From the NCBI GenBank assembly GCA_040752815.1, contig JBFMGC010000002.1, positions 35,490-99,489 on the forward strand: DNA of 64,000 bases. Direction: 5' to 3'. Both the position numbers and the translations under genes were made by a program. Numbering within the stretch: position 1 is the stretch's first letter; the number at the start of each line of letters is the position of its first letter. The notes below the pieces were generated by a model. The model was not told the origin of the DNA and made no database searches. It worked only from the letters and a program-made list of their open reading frames with translations. The stretch is from Candidatus Zixiibacteriota bacterium (GTDB taxonomy: Bacteria > Zixibacteria > MSB-5A5 > GN15 > FEB-12). This document shows positions 35,873 to 45,877 of the stretch, one piece after another.

Positions 35873-36733
35873 TCATCTCACCGGCACCGAGAACACCACC
35901 CCTACCTCCGGAGCCCAATCGGTCGCTTTCGACGTTATCCCAATCCCGTTGTTAAACTTGAAGAACACCGACTTGGTAACGTGCCACTGCGCCTCGGCGA
36001 TAAGCCCAATTTCATCCTGCGCCCCTTCCGCCCCAAGATAGACACGCCAGGTCGGCGACAACCGCTTCAAGTATTCGAGCGCGAATTCCCCTAGTTCGAA
36101 CTTGTCCTCCTCCACCGAGTACTCCATGGCCAGCCGGCCAGCCATTGTACCCCACGAGAATCCCCTGACCGCTCCCGATCCCAGCTTCAACTCCCAATCG
36201 GGCGTCCCGATCAGCACTTTGTCCCTCTGATTCGGCGCGACCGCCTCGAAGTAAGTAAAAAACTCAGGGCTGCGTTCACTCTCGTGATTCCAGCGCAGGC
36301 GGAGTTGTCCCTCGACATCGCCCAGCCCCGATTCCTGTATTTTATCGGGAACGTCGGTAGTGTCGTCTTCCGCAGACTCCAGCGAGGCGTCGATTACGGC
36401 CGCTTCGAATTCGATAGCCAGCCGGTCGGAGATGCCGTAGCCCAGGAAGATCAGCCCTTCCGAGGCCCGGTACTTTCCGCGGTAGTCGATATCGGCACCG
36501 TACCCCAACTCGTCCGGCTTATACTCGAGATCATTGTCGAGGTAATACTCAAAGAACGGGTAGATGAGTAGTTCCCCTTCGCGAACGTAGGTGCCGAACA
36601 TCGAGGTCGGAATTCCCGTGCCGCGGTCTTTTAGGAACGCCGGCAACGTGTCGTCCTGGGCAGCCAGGGGATACGCCAGGGCGAACATCTGAAAACAGGA
36701 AGCAGCGAGCAACAATGACACAAAAGCGCGCAT
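35873..36733 (-). CDS. putative outer-membrane beta-barrel protein
   Basis: Start is set at ATG 36733, preceded by AAAGGAGAA. Signal peptide MRAFVSLLLAASCFQMFALAYPLAAQ. Strand-like repeats, with a C-terminal aromatic residue near the end. Confidence 0.5.
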   Translation of the reverse strand: MRAFVSLLLAASCFQMFALAYPLAAQDDTLPAFLKDRGTGIPTSMFGTYVREGELLIYPFFEYYLDNDLEYKPDELGYGADIDYRGKYRASEGLIFLGYGISDRLAIEFEAAVIDASLESAEDDTTDVPDKIQESGLGDVEGQLRLRWNHESERSPEFFTYFEAVAPNQRDKVLIGTPDWELKLGSGAVRGFSWGTMAGRLAMEYSVEEDKFELGEFALEYLKRLSPTWRVYLGAEGAQDEIGLIAEAQWHVTKSVFFKFNNGIGITSKATDWAPEVGVVFSVPVR

Positions 36734-36919
36734 AGCGGTTCTCCTTTGGGGGATCAGGCGCAAGTTTAAGGAATATGCGTCGGACATACCACTGCCCGAT
36801 TGGTTGTATAGTTGCCCTGTGTGGTCGCAAGTCACTGTGCCAATATAAAAAACTTGACTTATTGACACCACAATTTCATAATCCGGCCCGGTAAACGCTA
36901 AACAAGGAGGTAACCTTGT

Positions 36920-37330
36920 ATGGCGGCAATCTCAATGAACTGGTGGGCGGTGATAGTGGCGGCAATCGCCTATATGGCTCTCGGCGCGGTCTGGTATTCG
37001 CCACCGCTTTTCGCCGGCGCCTGGATGAACGGTATCGGCAAGACCAAAGAACAGATAGCCGCCGGCTTCTCTCCGGTGACCTATGTCTGGGCCCTGATAC
37101 TATCTTTCCTTGTCGCTTATGGAATCGCTCGGATTTATGTGTGGGCGAAACTTGCGACCGTGTGGGACGGAATCGTGCTGGGACTGCTTGCCGGGATCTG
37201 CTTCGTGCTGACGTCAATGGGTGTTAACGATCTCTTTGAGCAGCGACCTCGGCTATTGTCGGCCATCAATATCCTCTACCACCTGGTCGGTTTTATCTTG
37301 ATAGGCGTTATTATCGGCGCGTGGCACTGA
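36920..37330 (+). CDS. DUF1761 family membrane protein
   Basis: MNWWAVIVAAIAYMALGAVWYSPPLFAGAWM matches the DUF1761 N-terminal pattern. Four hydrophobic helices. Confidence 0.7.
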   Translation: MAAISMNWWAVIVAAIAYMALGAVWYSPPLFAGAWMNGIGKTKEQIAAGFSPVTYVWALILSFLVAYGIARIYVWAKLATVWDGIVLGLLAGICFVLTSMGVNDLFEQRPRLLSAINILYHLVGFILIGVIIGAWH

Positions 37331-37409
37331 GGCGCGGGGTCTGCTCAGGTGCGTGACGCGTTGCGTTGCGGCCCGACGCGCCCATGCCTCAGACGAGCGA
37401 TTGCTCGGT

Positions 37410-39068
37410 CTACGAGATTGTCTTGAATCGCGCCACCATCTCGCGCAGCGAGTCCGCCTGACGGTTGAGATCCTCCGCCGCTTCGGCCATCTCTCCGGCG
37501 CCCTTGGCGGTCTCCGAAGTTACCACGGAGATATCCTCGACACTGCGTGAGATTTCCGCGGCCGTAGCCGATTGCTCGAGCGCCCCCGAGGCGATCTGCT
37601 CGATCATGGCCATAACATTTTGAGACGTAGTGACAATCTCCTGAAGGGAACTGCCTGCTCGGTCGGCCAGTTCGCGACCTTTATCAACACTTCTGATTCC
37701 GGTCTCCATCGCCCCGACCGCATCGCCGGTCTTCTGTTGCACGGCAGAGATAACATCTTTGATTTCGCCGGTGGCGCGGCTGGTGCGTTCGGCCAGTTTG
37801 CGGACCTCGTCGGCCACGACCGCGAATCCCCGCCCCTGCTCGCCGGCGCGGGCGGCCTCGATAGCCGCGTTAAGCGCCAGCAGGTTGGTCTGGTCGGCAA
37901 TATCCTCGATCACGCTTACAATCTTGTCTATTTGCTCGGCCGATTCAGCCAGGCGTCCGATAGACTCCGACGATTCGCTGACCAGGTTGGCGATTTCGCC
38001 CATCCCCTTGATCGTCTGGCCGACTATCTGACCGCCCGAACCAGCGGTTTCGGATGCCTTGCGCGACGCCTCGGTGGCATCGGTGGCGTGGCGAGTGGCT
38101 TCGGTAATGGTGGCAGCCATTTCCTGCACTGCGGCTGTCACTTGGCGAACTTTGTCTGCCTGGCTCTGCGCGCCGGCTGACATTTGCTCGGCGGACGCGG
38201 CGATCTCGGTGGCGGCGCTCACAACCCGCGTGGTGAGCTCGCGCAGCTTGTTAACCATCGTCGATAGATTCGCCACCATGCTCGAGAACGACTGGCTCAG
38301 GATATCCTGGTCGGAACGCGGTTCAATAGCCACGGTCAGGTCATTGTCGGCAATCCGCCGGGCCGCACCGGAGAGAGTCTTCATATAGTCCCGAATGTCG
38401 ACTATTGCTCTGGCCAGCCGCCCGATTTCATCCTGCGAACCGTAAGCCACTTTCAGTTCCAGATCACCTACCGCCAGCCGGCTCGCCGCGCTCTGAAGCT
38501 CTTTGATCGGGCCGGAAATGACCCGCTGGAAAAGGGTCGCTATGACCAGCCCCACCAGGGAGATGACCACGCAGATCGCCAGACTGGTCCAGAGAAACCA
38601 AGCTGTCCGCTCTTCGGCGCGCTTCAAATCGGAACAGATCATCAAACTGCCGACAGTCTTGTTGCCGGCTCTGACTGAGCGACCCACCACGAAGTGGTCG
38701 TCATCGAACGTGTGCTGGCCATCGCCAAGCGACGGCGGAACGGCAGGCGCGGCGGAACCGGAGCGGGCATGGCTGGCAAATACACGGCCGTCGGGGAGCG
38801 CAACCAGCGCCCAGACCAAATGGCGGTCGTTCTCGATAGCCGCCAGTGCCTCCCTGGCCGATTCGGCATCATCGAACGCTACCGCGCTGGCGCAGTTACC
38901 GGCCAGGACCGCTGCAAGCAGCGAGCAGTTTTGGACGAGTTCGTTGCGATAGCTCTTACGGTCGTTTACGATGTAAGCTGCGGATGCAAGGAAGAGAGAC
39001 ACCATGGTTACGAGCAAAACCAAGAGAGTTAGTTTAGCTCTGATAGAGCGGTCGCGCAGACTAAGCAT
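37410..39068 (-). CDS. methyl-accepting chemotaxis protein (two TM, HAMP, MA signalling domain)
   Basis: Highly conserved signalling hairpin [41 protein letters not shown], with a HAMP domain after TM2. Confidence 0.9.
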   Translation of the reverse strand: MLSLRDRSIRAKLTLLVLLVTMVSLFLASAAYIVNDRKSYRNELVQNCSLLAAVLAGNCASAVAFDDAESAREALAAIENDRHLVWALVALPDGRVFASHARSGSAAPAVPPSLGDGQHTFDDDHFVVGRSVRAGNKTVGSLMICSDLKRAEERTAWFLWTSLAICVVISLVGLVIATLFQRVISGPIKELQSAASRLAVGDLELKVAYGSQDEIGRLARAIVDIRDYMKTLSGAARRIADNDLTVAIEPRSDQDILSQSFSSMVANLSTMVNKLRELTTRVVSAATEIAASAEQMSAGAQSQADKVRQVTAAVQEMAATITEATRHATDATEASRKASETAGSGGQIVGQTIKGMGEIANLVSESSESIGRLAESAEQIDKIVSVIEDIADQTNLLALNAAIEAARAGEQGRGFAVVADEVRKLAERTSRATGEIKDVISAVQQKTGDAVGAMETGIRSVDKGRELADRAGSSLQEIVTTSQNVMAMIEQIASGALEQSATAAEISRSVEDISVVTSETAKGAGEMAEAAEDLNRQADSLREMVARFKTIS

Positions 39069-39146
39069 GCAGGTCCTCCGGATCGCCAGGGTGAGACGGG
39101 CCGCTTTTTGGGGGCAGGCCGTCTGTCAGTTAACGGTTATTGCTTG

Positions 39147-39173
39147 AAATCGTCAGTGCCGCAGGTCTCTTTA
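39147..39173 (-). promoter_or_regulatory. candidate sigma-28 (FliA)-type promoter upstream of the MCP gene
   Basis: The minus strand reads TAAA-N15-GACGATTT, against the consensus TAAA-N15-GCCGATAA (6 of 8 matches in the -10 element). It lies about 75-105 nt upstream of ATG 39068. Confidence 0.3.
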
Positions 39174-39274
39174 GCCGCACGATCCGGGGAAAGACCAAAT
39201 ATCGACCTCTACCCCTCTCTCTGATCAGTTGTTGAACAACAGCAGCGGCAGAGTCAGGGGCAGGCGTGTCGAGC

Positions 39275-40531
39275 CTAGAACGCCGTCACGCAGGACGGCC
39301 GTTGAGAGTAAGCAAACAACCTGTCGATTCGGTCGATAAACCCCAGATCAGATATCCGGGCCAGGCTGTAGGTGTGCAGATTGCGGAATCCGACCGCCCC
39401 CATCAGCAGCGACGAAAACTCCGCCACATCGAGGCTGACTTTCACGTCGGCAGCCGAACGGTCAATCAGTTTACCCACTCCGTTCTCGAAACGCACCACC
39501 CGAGGACCATCGTTTTGGGGCAGGAAGGTATCGCTCAGGTCGATCTCTATGGTGATCTGATCGTCCGCAAATGACGGCTGCCTCAGCCCATCAAACAGCC
39601 GCTTGAGATCCATGACCCGGTACATGATACCGAGGCCGGCGACATGGCTCTCGTGATACGTTGGCGCCATTCTATCGCCGGAGGCAATTGTCGGATTCGA
39701 CATCAGGAAATAGAACTCGTCCTCGGACACTTCGAGCGTAATCAACGACACCTGATCCAATTGTGAACGGAGAAAAGCCAGGAGCTCAGATAGCGCCTTT
39801 GGGGTGTGGTAGATGAGTTCGTTGACGACAAGTTCGGCATCCATGAAGCTGACCGGATTGTCGGGGGTCTTGAAGGAGTAAATCAGATAACCTTCCAGTC
39901 TGCCGTCGATCTCGCAACCGACGCTGCGTAGTTTCTCCCAGAACTCGAACCGGTTGTGCCAGCGGCCCTCGTTGTGAAGAATCATCCCGGTCTGCTTTTC
40001 GACTATACGGTTGTAGCACTCGTTCAAAGCAGGAATGTCCGCTTCACCGAGAAATCTTACGTGCTCCTTGCCCCGCCCTTTGGGCAGGCTTTCGGGCCGC
40101 ACCCGGTATTGATATCGCCGCCCCCCGAGACCGAAACCCATCTTGTGGTAGAAGTCGATGCGAAACGGCCAGAGCGTGGTCATGGCATCGCCGCGTTCGT
40201 AATAATGCGCCAGAAATGTCTCGACAATCTCCCTGGCGACATGTTCCTTTTTGTGGGCGAGATGCACCGCCACCATGCCAAGCCCGCCGGCGGAGATGAG
40301 ATTGCCGCGTACGTTCAGTGTAAAATCAAAATTCCGCCAAACTCCGACCAGTTGGCCGCCGCGGAAAAGGCCGTATGGTGTCCAGGTCGGGTCGCGCCGA
40401 GAGGATCTGAACTTCTGTTCCCACTGCCGCTTGTCCTCCGGGGTGACCATACCCATAGAAGGGTAGGCCTCGGCGCAGATGCGGATCATTTCGGGAAATT
40501 CTTCGTCTTTGAGAACACGGACTTCTGACAC
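39275..40531 (-). CDS. GNAT-family N-acetyltransferase, Eis-like (GNAT + SCP2-like C-terminal domain)
   Basis: 418 aa. GGLGMVAVHLAHKKEHVAREI and LWPFRIDFYHKMGFG resemble the Eis-type acetyltransferase core, and the C-terminal third looks like a sterol-carrier-type domain. Assigned by resemblance. Confidence 0.6.
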   Translation of the reverse strand: MSEVRVLKDEEFPEMIRICAEAYPSMGMVTPEDKRQWEQKFRSSRRDPTWTPYGLFRGGQLVGVWRNFDFTLNVRGNLISAGGLGMVAVHLAHKKEHVAREIVETFLAHYYERGDAMTTLWPFRIDFYHKMGFGLGGRRYQYRVRPESLPKGRGKEHVRFLGEADIPALNECYNRIVEKQTGMILHNEGRWHNRFEFWEKLRSVGCEIDGRLEGYLIYSFKTPDNPVSFMDAELVVNELIYHTPKALSELLAFLRSQLDQVSLITLEVSEDEFYFLMSNPTIASGDRMAPTYHESHVAGLGIMYRVMDLKRLFDGLRQPSFADDQITIEIDLSDTFLPQNDGPRVVRFENGVGKLIDRSAADVKVSLDVAEFSSLLMGAVGFRNLHTYSLARISDLGFIDRIDRLFAYSQRPSCVTAF

Positions 40532-40597
40532 CTCACACCTCTTCCAATTCGAGCTCGATGCGAATTACACTTCCAGACGAATGCAACACCGAAAAGT

Positions 40598-41053
40598 TCA
40601 GTACTGCCCCAACAGCCTGCTGAAAAAGCGATGAACCCGATGAATGCCGGTCAACGGCCCGGCGTACATAAGGACGCAGCGTCGGCTGACAATCTCCATT
40701 CCGGCGTCTCTGGCCCGGGAGATGGCCTCGCTGAAATCCGCCCCCTGCTGGAACCAGACCTTGCGAATCCCCAGCGTAGCCGCCTGGTCCACTATATCGA
40801 CTGCCCCACCCGGTTTGAGCGTCACCAAGACCATGTCCGGCAACACGGGGAGATCGGCCAGCGAATGGAAACATCTGATGCCATCTGTCGAGTCGAGCGC
40901 TGGGTGCACGGGATAGACTTCATAGCCGCGCTTCGTCAGTTCTCGAAGTGCGACCGAGCCAAACTTGTTTTTTCGGCGCGAGACACCCGCCACGGCAATG
41001 GTGCGGATGTCATCGAACAGGTTCATTGGGGGTTTGTAGGCTGTGGCGGACAT
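40598..41053 (-). CDS. CoA-binding domain protein (YccU/YneT-like)
   Basis: IRTIAVAGVSRRKNKFGSVALRELTKRGYEVYPVHP...VWFQQG matches the CoA_binding_2 pattern. Start is set at ATG 41053. Confidence 0.8.
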   Translation of the reverse strand: MSATAYKPPMNLFDDIRTIAVAGVSRRKNKFGSVALRELTKRGYEVYPVHPALDSTDGIRCFHSLADLPVLPDMVLVTLKPGGAVDIVDQAATLGIRKVWFQQGADFSEAISRARDAGMEIVSRRCVLMYAGPLTGIHRVHRFFSRLLGQY

Positions 41054-41090
41054 TGTTCGACTATCCCAACTACCGGTTTTTTCAAAGTGA

Positions 41091-41783
41091 TTAGTACCCC
41101 TGCACACTCTCGCGGAACATCATCAGGCCCTTACCCTCGGAATCTACCCGACTCATCAGGAAGACAGCCGAGTCGGCCGGATGTGGCGATCCGGGGCGAG
41201 TGACATGAAGGACGGCACGCACGGCGGCGGTGGTCTCGCCCAGGACCGTTTCACCGAACTTGAGCGTCAGGAAGGTCTCCCGGCGGGGCGAGTAGTTTCT
41301 CCGGTCCGGCTGCAGCAACAACCGATGGAACGGCGGGCCGTCATCCAGAACGTGCATCTCCACTTCGTCAAGCCCCACGGAATCGTACTCGATTCGAGTC
41401 GATGGGATTTCATGCAGCACGAGAGAGTCGACTACGAAAACCGCCGTGACCCGATCGAGAAACCGGTCCGCGAGGCTGTCGATTACGGCTTGCCCCGACT
41501 GCCAGAGCTGGTCTTCCGGATTCGCAAGGGCGTCTTCGACACGCACGGTAACTGTAAATGTCCCCTTCACAGCTCGGGCAGAGCCTGCTTTTTCATCTTT
41601 GAAGGCAAAGATTCGTGGCGAGATGCGAAAACTATCCAACCGAACTTCCTCGTTGTCGACGCGCTGGAAATATCGGGAACGATACACTGAGCAGGCGGTG
41701 ATTGCCAGCACTACGCAAACACAGGCCGTGACAAGATCCGTATTACGCAAGACACCAAGCCGCATATCCACTAAACGGCTCAA
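41091..41783 (-). CDS. membrane-anchored/lipoprotein of unknown function
   Basis: N-terminal hydrophobic segment with a possible lipobox (VVLAITAC-S). No family recognised. Overlaps the lysS stop by 4 nt. Confidence 0.4.
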   Translation of the reverse strand: MSRLVDMRLGVLRNTDLVTACVCVVLAITACSVYRSRYFQRVDNEEVRLDSFRISPRIFAFKDEKAGSARAVKGTFTVTVRVEDALANPEDQLWQSGQAVIDSLADRFLDRVTAVFVVDSLVLHEIPSTRIEYDSVGLDEVEMHVLDDGPPFHRLLLQPDRRNYSPRRETFLTLKFGETVLGETTAAVRAVLHVTRPGSPHPADSAVFLMSRVDSEGKGLMMFRESVQGY

Positions 41784-43378
41784 TCAGACAGTTGTTCTTC
41801 TTCCAAAAGCTGCGCCAGGATGTGAGATACCAGCACCGAACCCTCGCGCAAATCCTTCATTTGGGGGAAGAAAATGACATCGCGAATCGAGTGCGCATCG
41901 GTCAGCAGCATGACCAGCCGATCAATTCCAAAACCGAGCCCGGCGGTCGGCGGCATGCCGTAGGCGAGGGCGGTGATGAAATCGTCGTCTAACGGCTGCG
42001 CCTCCTCGTCGCCCGCCGCCAGCGCCTTACCCTGCTGCAAAAAGCGCTGCATCTGGTCTATCGGATCGTTCAACTCGGAAAAGGCATTACCCATCTCCTG
42101 CGCCGCGACAAACAGCTCGAATCTTTCGGTGAGGCGGTCATCGGAGCGGTGCTTCTTGGCCAGGGGAGAGATCTCCACCGGGAAATCGGCCACGAATGTC
42201 GGTTGAATCAGGGTCGGCTCCACCTTCGCCTCGAAAACCGCCGCGATCACCTTCCCTCGGTTGATCAGTTCGTCGCCCTCGACACCGAGCTTCCTCGCCG
42301 CCGCCCTGGCCGCCGCGAAGTCGAGATCGGCAAAATCTACTCCGGTGCGGTCCTTGATCGCGCCAATCATCGTCACCCAACTAAACTCCGGCTCGAAATC
42401 GATTTCCCGGCCGCCGTAGGACAGCTTGTACGATCCGTTGATAGCCTTCACCGTGTGGCGCAGGAGCTTCTCGAACAACGCCGCCATGTCGCGATAGTCG
42501 GCGAACGCCCAGTACAGCTCGATCATCGAGAATTCCGGGTTGTGCAGCCTGTCCAGCCCCTCGTTGCGGAAGTCCTTGCAGAATTCCCATACTTTGTCAT
42601 ATCCGCCGACAATAAGACGCTTCAGATAAAGCTCATCGGCTATACGCAGGTACATTGGAATATCAAGCCGATAGTGATGGGTCTTGAACGGCCGGGCGCT
42701 GGCGCCCCCGTAAAGCGGCTGCAAGATCGGCGTCTCGACTTCGAGAAATCCCTCGCCGTTCAGAAAGTCGCGAATGACCTGGATGATGCGTGACCGTTTC
42801 CGAAAGTTCTCTCGCACCTCCGGATTGACTATCAGGTCGGCATAACGGCGGCGATACCGCGTCTCTTTGTCAGTCAGGCCGGAGTGCTTGTCGGGCAGCG
42901 GATGGAGCGCCTTGGTCAAGATTTCAACCGAGGCCACTCTCAGGGTGCGTTCACCGGTCTTGGTGACAAATAGTGTGCCTTCGCACCCGATGATATCGCC
43001 GAGATCGATCTGGTCAAACAACTTGAAAGCGTCCTCGCCGACATCATCGCGCCGGACATAAATCTGGAGCCGGTCGCTGCTGTCCTGCACGTGGGCGAAA
43101 AACACCTTACCCATTTTCCGGTTTAGCATGACTCGCCCGGCAATTCTGACAACGGCCGCCTCAGCCGTGAACTTCTCGAAATCGCGAAGAATATCGCTTA
43201 TGTAGCGTAGGTTGGCATAGCGGTACGGATACGGGTTAATGCCGGCGGCGATCAACTCGCGCGCTTTGGAGCGCCGAATCCGCACCAGGTCGGTCAGCGG
43301 AATTTGGATTTCCTCGACTGGTGGCGTTTCTTCTTTCTCTTCGCTCATGACAATCCAGCCTGGCGAGACCCGAGGCAT
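41780..43378 (-). CDS. lysS: lysine--tRNA ligase (class II)
   Basis: OB-fold N-domain and class II motifs (FLEVETPILQ, FRNEGLDRLHNPEFSMIELYWA, GLGFGIDRLVMLL). The alternative start ATG 43348 is also possible. Confidence 0.95.
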   Translation of the reverse strand: MPRVSPGWIVMSEEKEETPPVEEIQIPLTDLVRIRRSKARELIAAGINPYPYRYANLRYISDILRDFEKFTAEAAVVRIAGRVMLNRKMGKVFFAHVQDSSDRLQIYVRRDDVGEDAFKLFDQIDLGDIIGCEGTLFVTKTGERTLRVASVEILTKALHPLPDKHSGLTDKETRYRRRYADLIVNPEVRENFRKRSRIIQVIRDFLNGEGFLEVETPILQPLYGGASARPFKTHHYRLDIPMYLRIADELYLKRLIVGGYDKVWEFCKDFRNEGLDRLHNPEFSMIELYWAFADYRDMAALFEKLLRHTVKAINGSYKLSYGGREIDFEPEFSWVTMIGAIKDRTGVDFADLDFAAARAAARKLGVEGDELINRGKVIAAVFEAKVEPTLIQPTFVADFPVEISPLAKKHRSDDRLTERFELFVAAQEMGNAFSELNDPIDQMQRFLQQGKALAAGDEEAQPLDDDFITALAYGMPPTAGLGFGIDRLVMLLTDAHSIRDVIFFPQMKDLREGSVLVSHILAQLLEEEQLSD

Positions 43379-43403
43379 CTCGTCAGGCGCCTTTCCTCGT
43401 GCG

Positions 43404-43913
43404 CTACTTTCGGGGGAATTTCTTCAGCAGGGCCGCGGCCACCGGGTCCGGAACCAGGCCGCTGACATCACCGCGATTGGCGGCCACATCCTTGACAATC
43501 GATGATGACAGGTAGACCCATGACAGCGCGGGCATCAGGAAGACCGTCTCGGCCTCCCGGGCCAGCTTGCGATTCATCAGCGCCATTTGGAACTCGTACT
43601 CGAAATCGGACACCGCGCGCAGGCCGCGGATAATCGCGGTAGCTTTCTGCTCCCGCACAAAATCCGCCAAGAGGCCGTCGAATGACACGACACGGATCTG
43701 TGCTGCGCTCGGCATAGGCGACACCGACTGGCGCATCAGATCGAGTCTTTCCGGCAACGTGAACAGAGGCTCTTTACCCACATTTACCGCCAGCGCCACG
43801 ATTACCTCGTCGAATATGTGACAGGCCCGCTCGATAAGCGACAGATGGCCATTGGTAACCGGATCAAAGGTGCCGGGGTAAAGGCCGCGGCGGGCGTCTC
43901 TGTGGTCACTCAT
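43404..43913 (-). CDS. coaD: phosphopantetheine adenylyltransferase
   Basis: YPGTFDPVTNGHLSLIERA and IIRGLRAVSDFEYE are CoaD signatures. Confidence 0.95.
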   Translation of the reverse strand: MSDHRDARRGLYPGTFDPVTNGHLSLIERACHIFDEVIVALAVNVGKEPLFTLPERLDLMRQSVSPMPSAAQIRVVSFDGLLADFVREQKATAIIRGLRAVSDFEYEFQMALMNRKLAREAETVFLMPALSWVYLSSSIVKDVAANRGDVSGLVPDPVAAALLKKFPRK

Positions 43914-43988
43914 GGTTACACCTTGCTCCTGCGCGGCGACTCGGTCGCCGGGCCGGATAACATAGAGCCAAAACGCACCCCTCGCAAG

Positions 43989-44846
43989 CTAATTGACAGT
44001 CAGGCCTAGCGCTACCAGGTAGGCGGAAAGCACACTATGGTCAGCCTGTCCAAGTCCGGCAAAATACCCCTCGATCAACCGGGGGGCGGATACGTCAACC
44101 GCAAAGTGCGGCTGCAGAGTTTTTAAGACAGTCTCCTCAGACATCTCACCGGCGACGAATATCGCCGATGGTGGCACCGAGATACCGGCCTCGCGCAAAA
44201 GCGACTGCCGGTAATTCAGAATCGTCTTCAGATCCGCGCCGAATCGGGCGCGACCGGAATCGTCTGCCATGTTATAGTCCAACATCGGCAGTGATGTAAC
44301 ATCGGCGATTTGGCGGTCATAAAGGAGGCAGATCGAGGCTGCTTTTGCCGACACGTCCGCCAATACTACCAGGCCGCCGTCTTGGCACATGCAGAACGTC
44401 AGGTAACCTCGCCCTAAGGCAATCGCCCGCGACTGAACTGATACACCTTCACTCTCCAGGATCGGCGCCAGACCGACCTTGTGGGTCAGTTCCTTGACGT
44501 GTTCGCGACGGAAAATCATGCCGAGATGCCGGTCAGGCAGGACCGTCCCGATAGTATCCATGTGGAAAAGCGACTCGCTCTCAAGCACTGACTGCGCAAG
44601 CTCGAAACGGAGCCTGTCCGCGAGGGGGATCGATCCGCTCGGATCAATTCGCAAAGCCTTGACCATTGTCTGGGAATCGGGAACGGAGAGCGCGAAGCGG
44701 CCGCCGGTATCGCGCGCCCATTCCTCCGGAATTGGTGGCGCCAGTTGCTCCAGTTTTTCGACAACGGTCCTGCCGAATTCGCTGTGGGTGGTTGCAACAC
44801 GGACAAAATCCGCGTGAAAATCTACACCGATGCGTCGCCGGTTCAT
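43989..44846 (-). CDS. hypothetical protein, weakly PilM/actin-ATPase-like
   Basis: RRIGVDFHADFVRVA at the N-terminus and the overall length resemble PilM-type pilus assembly proteins. No nucleotide-binding motif is confidently seen. Overlaps comEA by 4 nt. Confidence 0.35.
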   Translation of the reverse strand: MNRRRIGVDFHADFVRVATTHSEFGRTVVEKLEQLAPPIPEEWARDTGGRFALSVPDSQTMVKALRIDPSGSIPLADRLRFELAQSVLESESLFHMDTIGTVLPDRHLGMIFRREHVKELTHKVGLAPILESEGVSVQSRAIALGRGYLTFCMCQDGGLVVLADVSAKAASICLLYDRQIADVTSLPMLDYNMADDSGRARFGADLKTILNYRQSLLREAGISVPPSAIFVAGEMSEETVLKTLQPHFAVDVSAPRLIEGYFAGLGQADHSVLSAYLVALGLTVN

Positions 44847-45274
44847 GGATTACTGATGCGAATATAAGGGCGCAGCTGTTCGAGAAGGCGTGGTCCGATG
44901 CCTTTGACTTCGGTAAGATCAACCGTACGCACGAAACGATGTTTCTGGCGATATTCGACAATGCGATCGGCCAACACCCTCCCGATTCCCGGCAGCAGTT
45001 CGAGAGAATCGACCGGCGCGGTGTTGGGATCGAGAACGAATACGCCGGTGTACTCGGTGTCCTCGTCGCCAAGAAATACGGGCATGGCCAGGGCCTCGGG
45101 TGTGGGGCTGGCGAGGCTTCGGATCAGCAGGTAGAGCGTCATCACCAGTGCGGTCGCGGACAGTACGATCAGAAAGCGCAATTGCGCGGTCGAGAATTGA
45201 AAGAAATCCGCCAGCCTGCCCATCGCGTCATCAACTCGGTTTTGCGGAAAATATGCTGAGGGGTTCGAGAACAC
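44843..45274 (-). CDS. comEA: ComEA-family helix-hairpin-helix DNA-binding protein
   Basis: N-terminal TM, then DPNTAPVDSLELLPGIGRVLADRIVEYR...LTEVKGIGPRLLEQLRPYI, a tandem HhH. Confidence 0.85.
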   Translation of the reverse strand: MFSNPSAYFPQNRVDDAMGRLADFFQFSTAQLRFLIVLSATALVMTLYLLIRSLASPTPEALAMPVFLGDEDTEYTGVFVLDPNTAPVDSLELLPGIGRVLADRIVEYRQKHRFVRTVDLTEVKGIGPRLLEQLRPYIRISNP

Positions 45275-45378
45275 AAGAGGCGGAGTATGGTCGCGCTACG
45301 GGCGATCGATCGGAAGTCCGGGGCATGGGGCCACCCATCCCACCCACATTGCCAGAGAAGTACAAGCCGTCCCGTCAG

Positions 45379-45738
45379 TTAGGCTGGCTGGGCAGCAGGT
45401 GGGGCGAGGGCGCGGCGATTAAGATCGGACTGGATAATTAGCCACACTGCCGGGCAGAAGAACACCCACAGAAACCAGACAATCCAGCGATTCATGTGGT
45501 CGCGGCTGACCGCTTCGTAGAGCTCGCCATACTTGTAATAGGAGTACAGCCCCGCAAACGGGATAAACAGCAGGAGCGTCCAGAGCCCCGGTTCCGCCCG
45601 ACGGTCGTCGGCCAGCCGAGCCAGTTCGACCGCGGTCTGGTAAAACCAGTAGACCGCATACAGGCCGAGAGTGATTATCATCAGCCCAACCTGCCCCCAC
45701 ATGTTGCGATACTTGATAAACGAATGTGCGTAATTCAT
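45379..45738 (-). CDS. DUF4234 family membrane protein
   Basis: LGLYAVYWFYQTAVEL...IPFAGLYSYYKYGE matches the DUF4234 pattern. Start is set at ATG 45738. Confidence 0.6.
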   Translation of the reverse strand: MNYAHSFIKYRNMWGQVGLMIITLGLYAVYWFYQTAVELARLADDRRAEPGLWTLLLFIPFAGLYSYYKYGELYEAVSRDHMNRWIVWFLWVFFCPAVWLIIQSDLNRRALAPPAAQPA

Positions 45739-45877
45739 AACCTGTCCTTGCCCGATACGCTTGCCATCCCATCCGCCGCACGCGGAGCGGGACATCGGAT
45801 ACGAAATCAAAACTTCTACTTCAATACGCGCAAAAAGGCCGACGTATTCACTCCCCAGCGTCAAATGTGTGCAGAAT

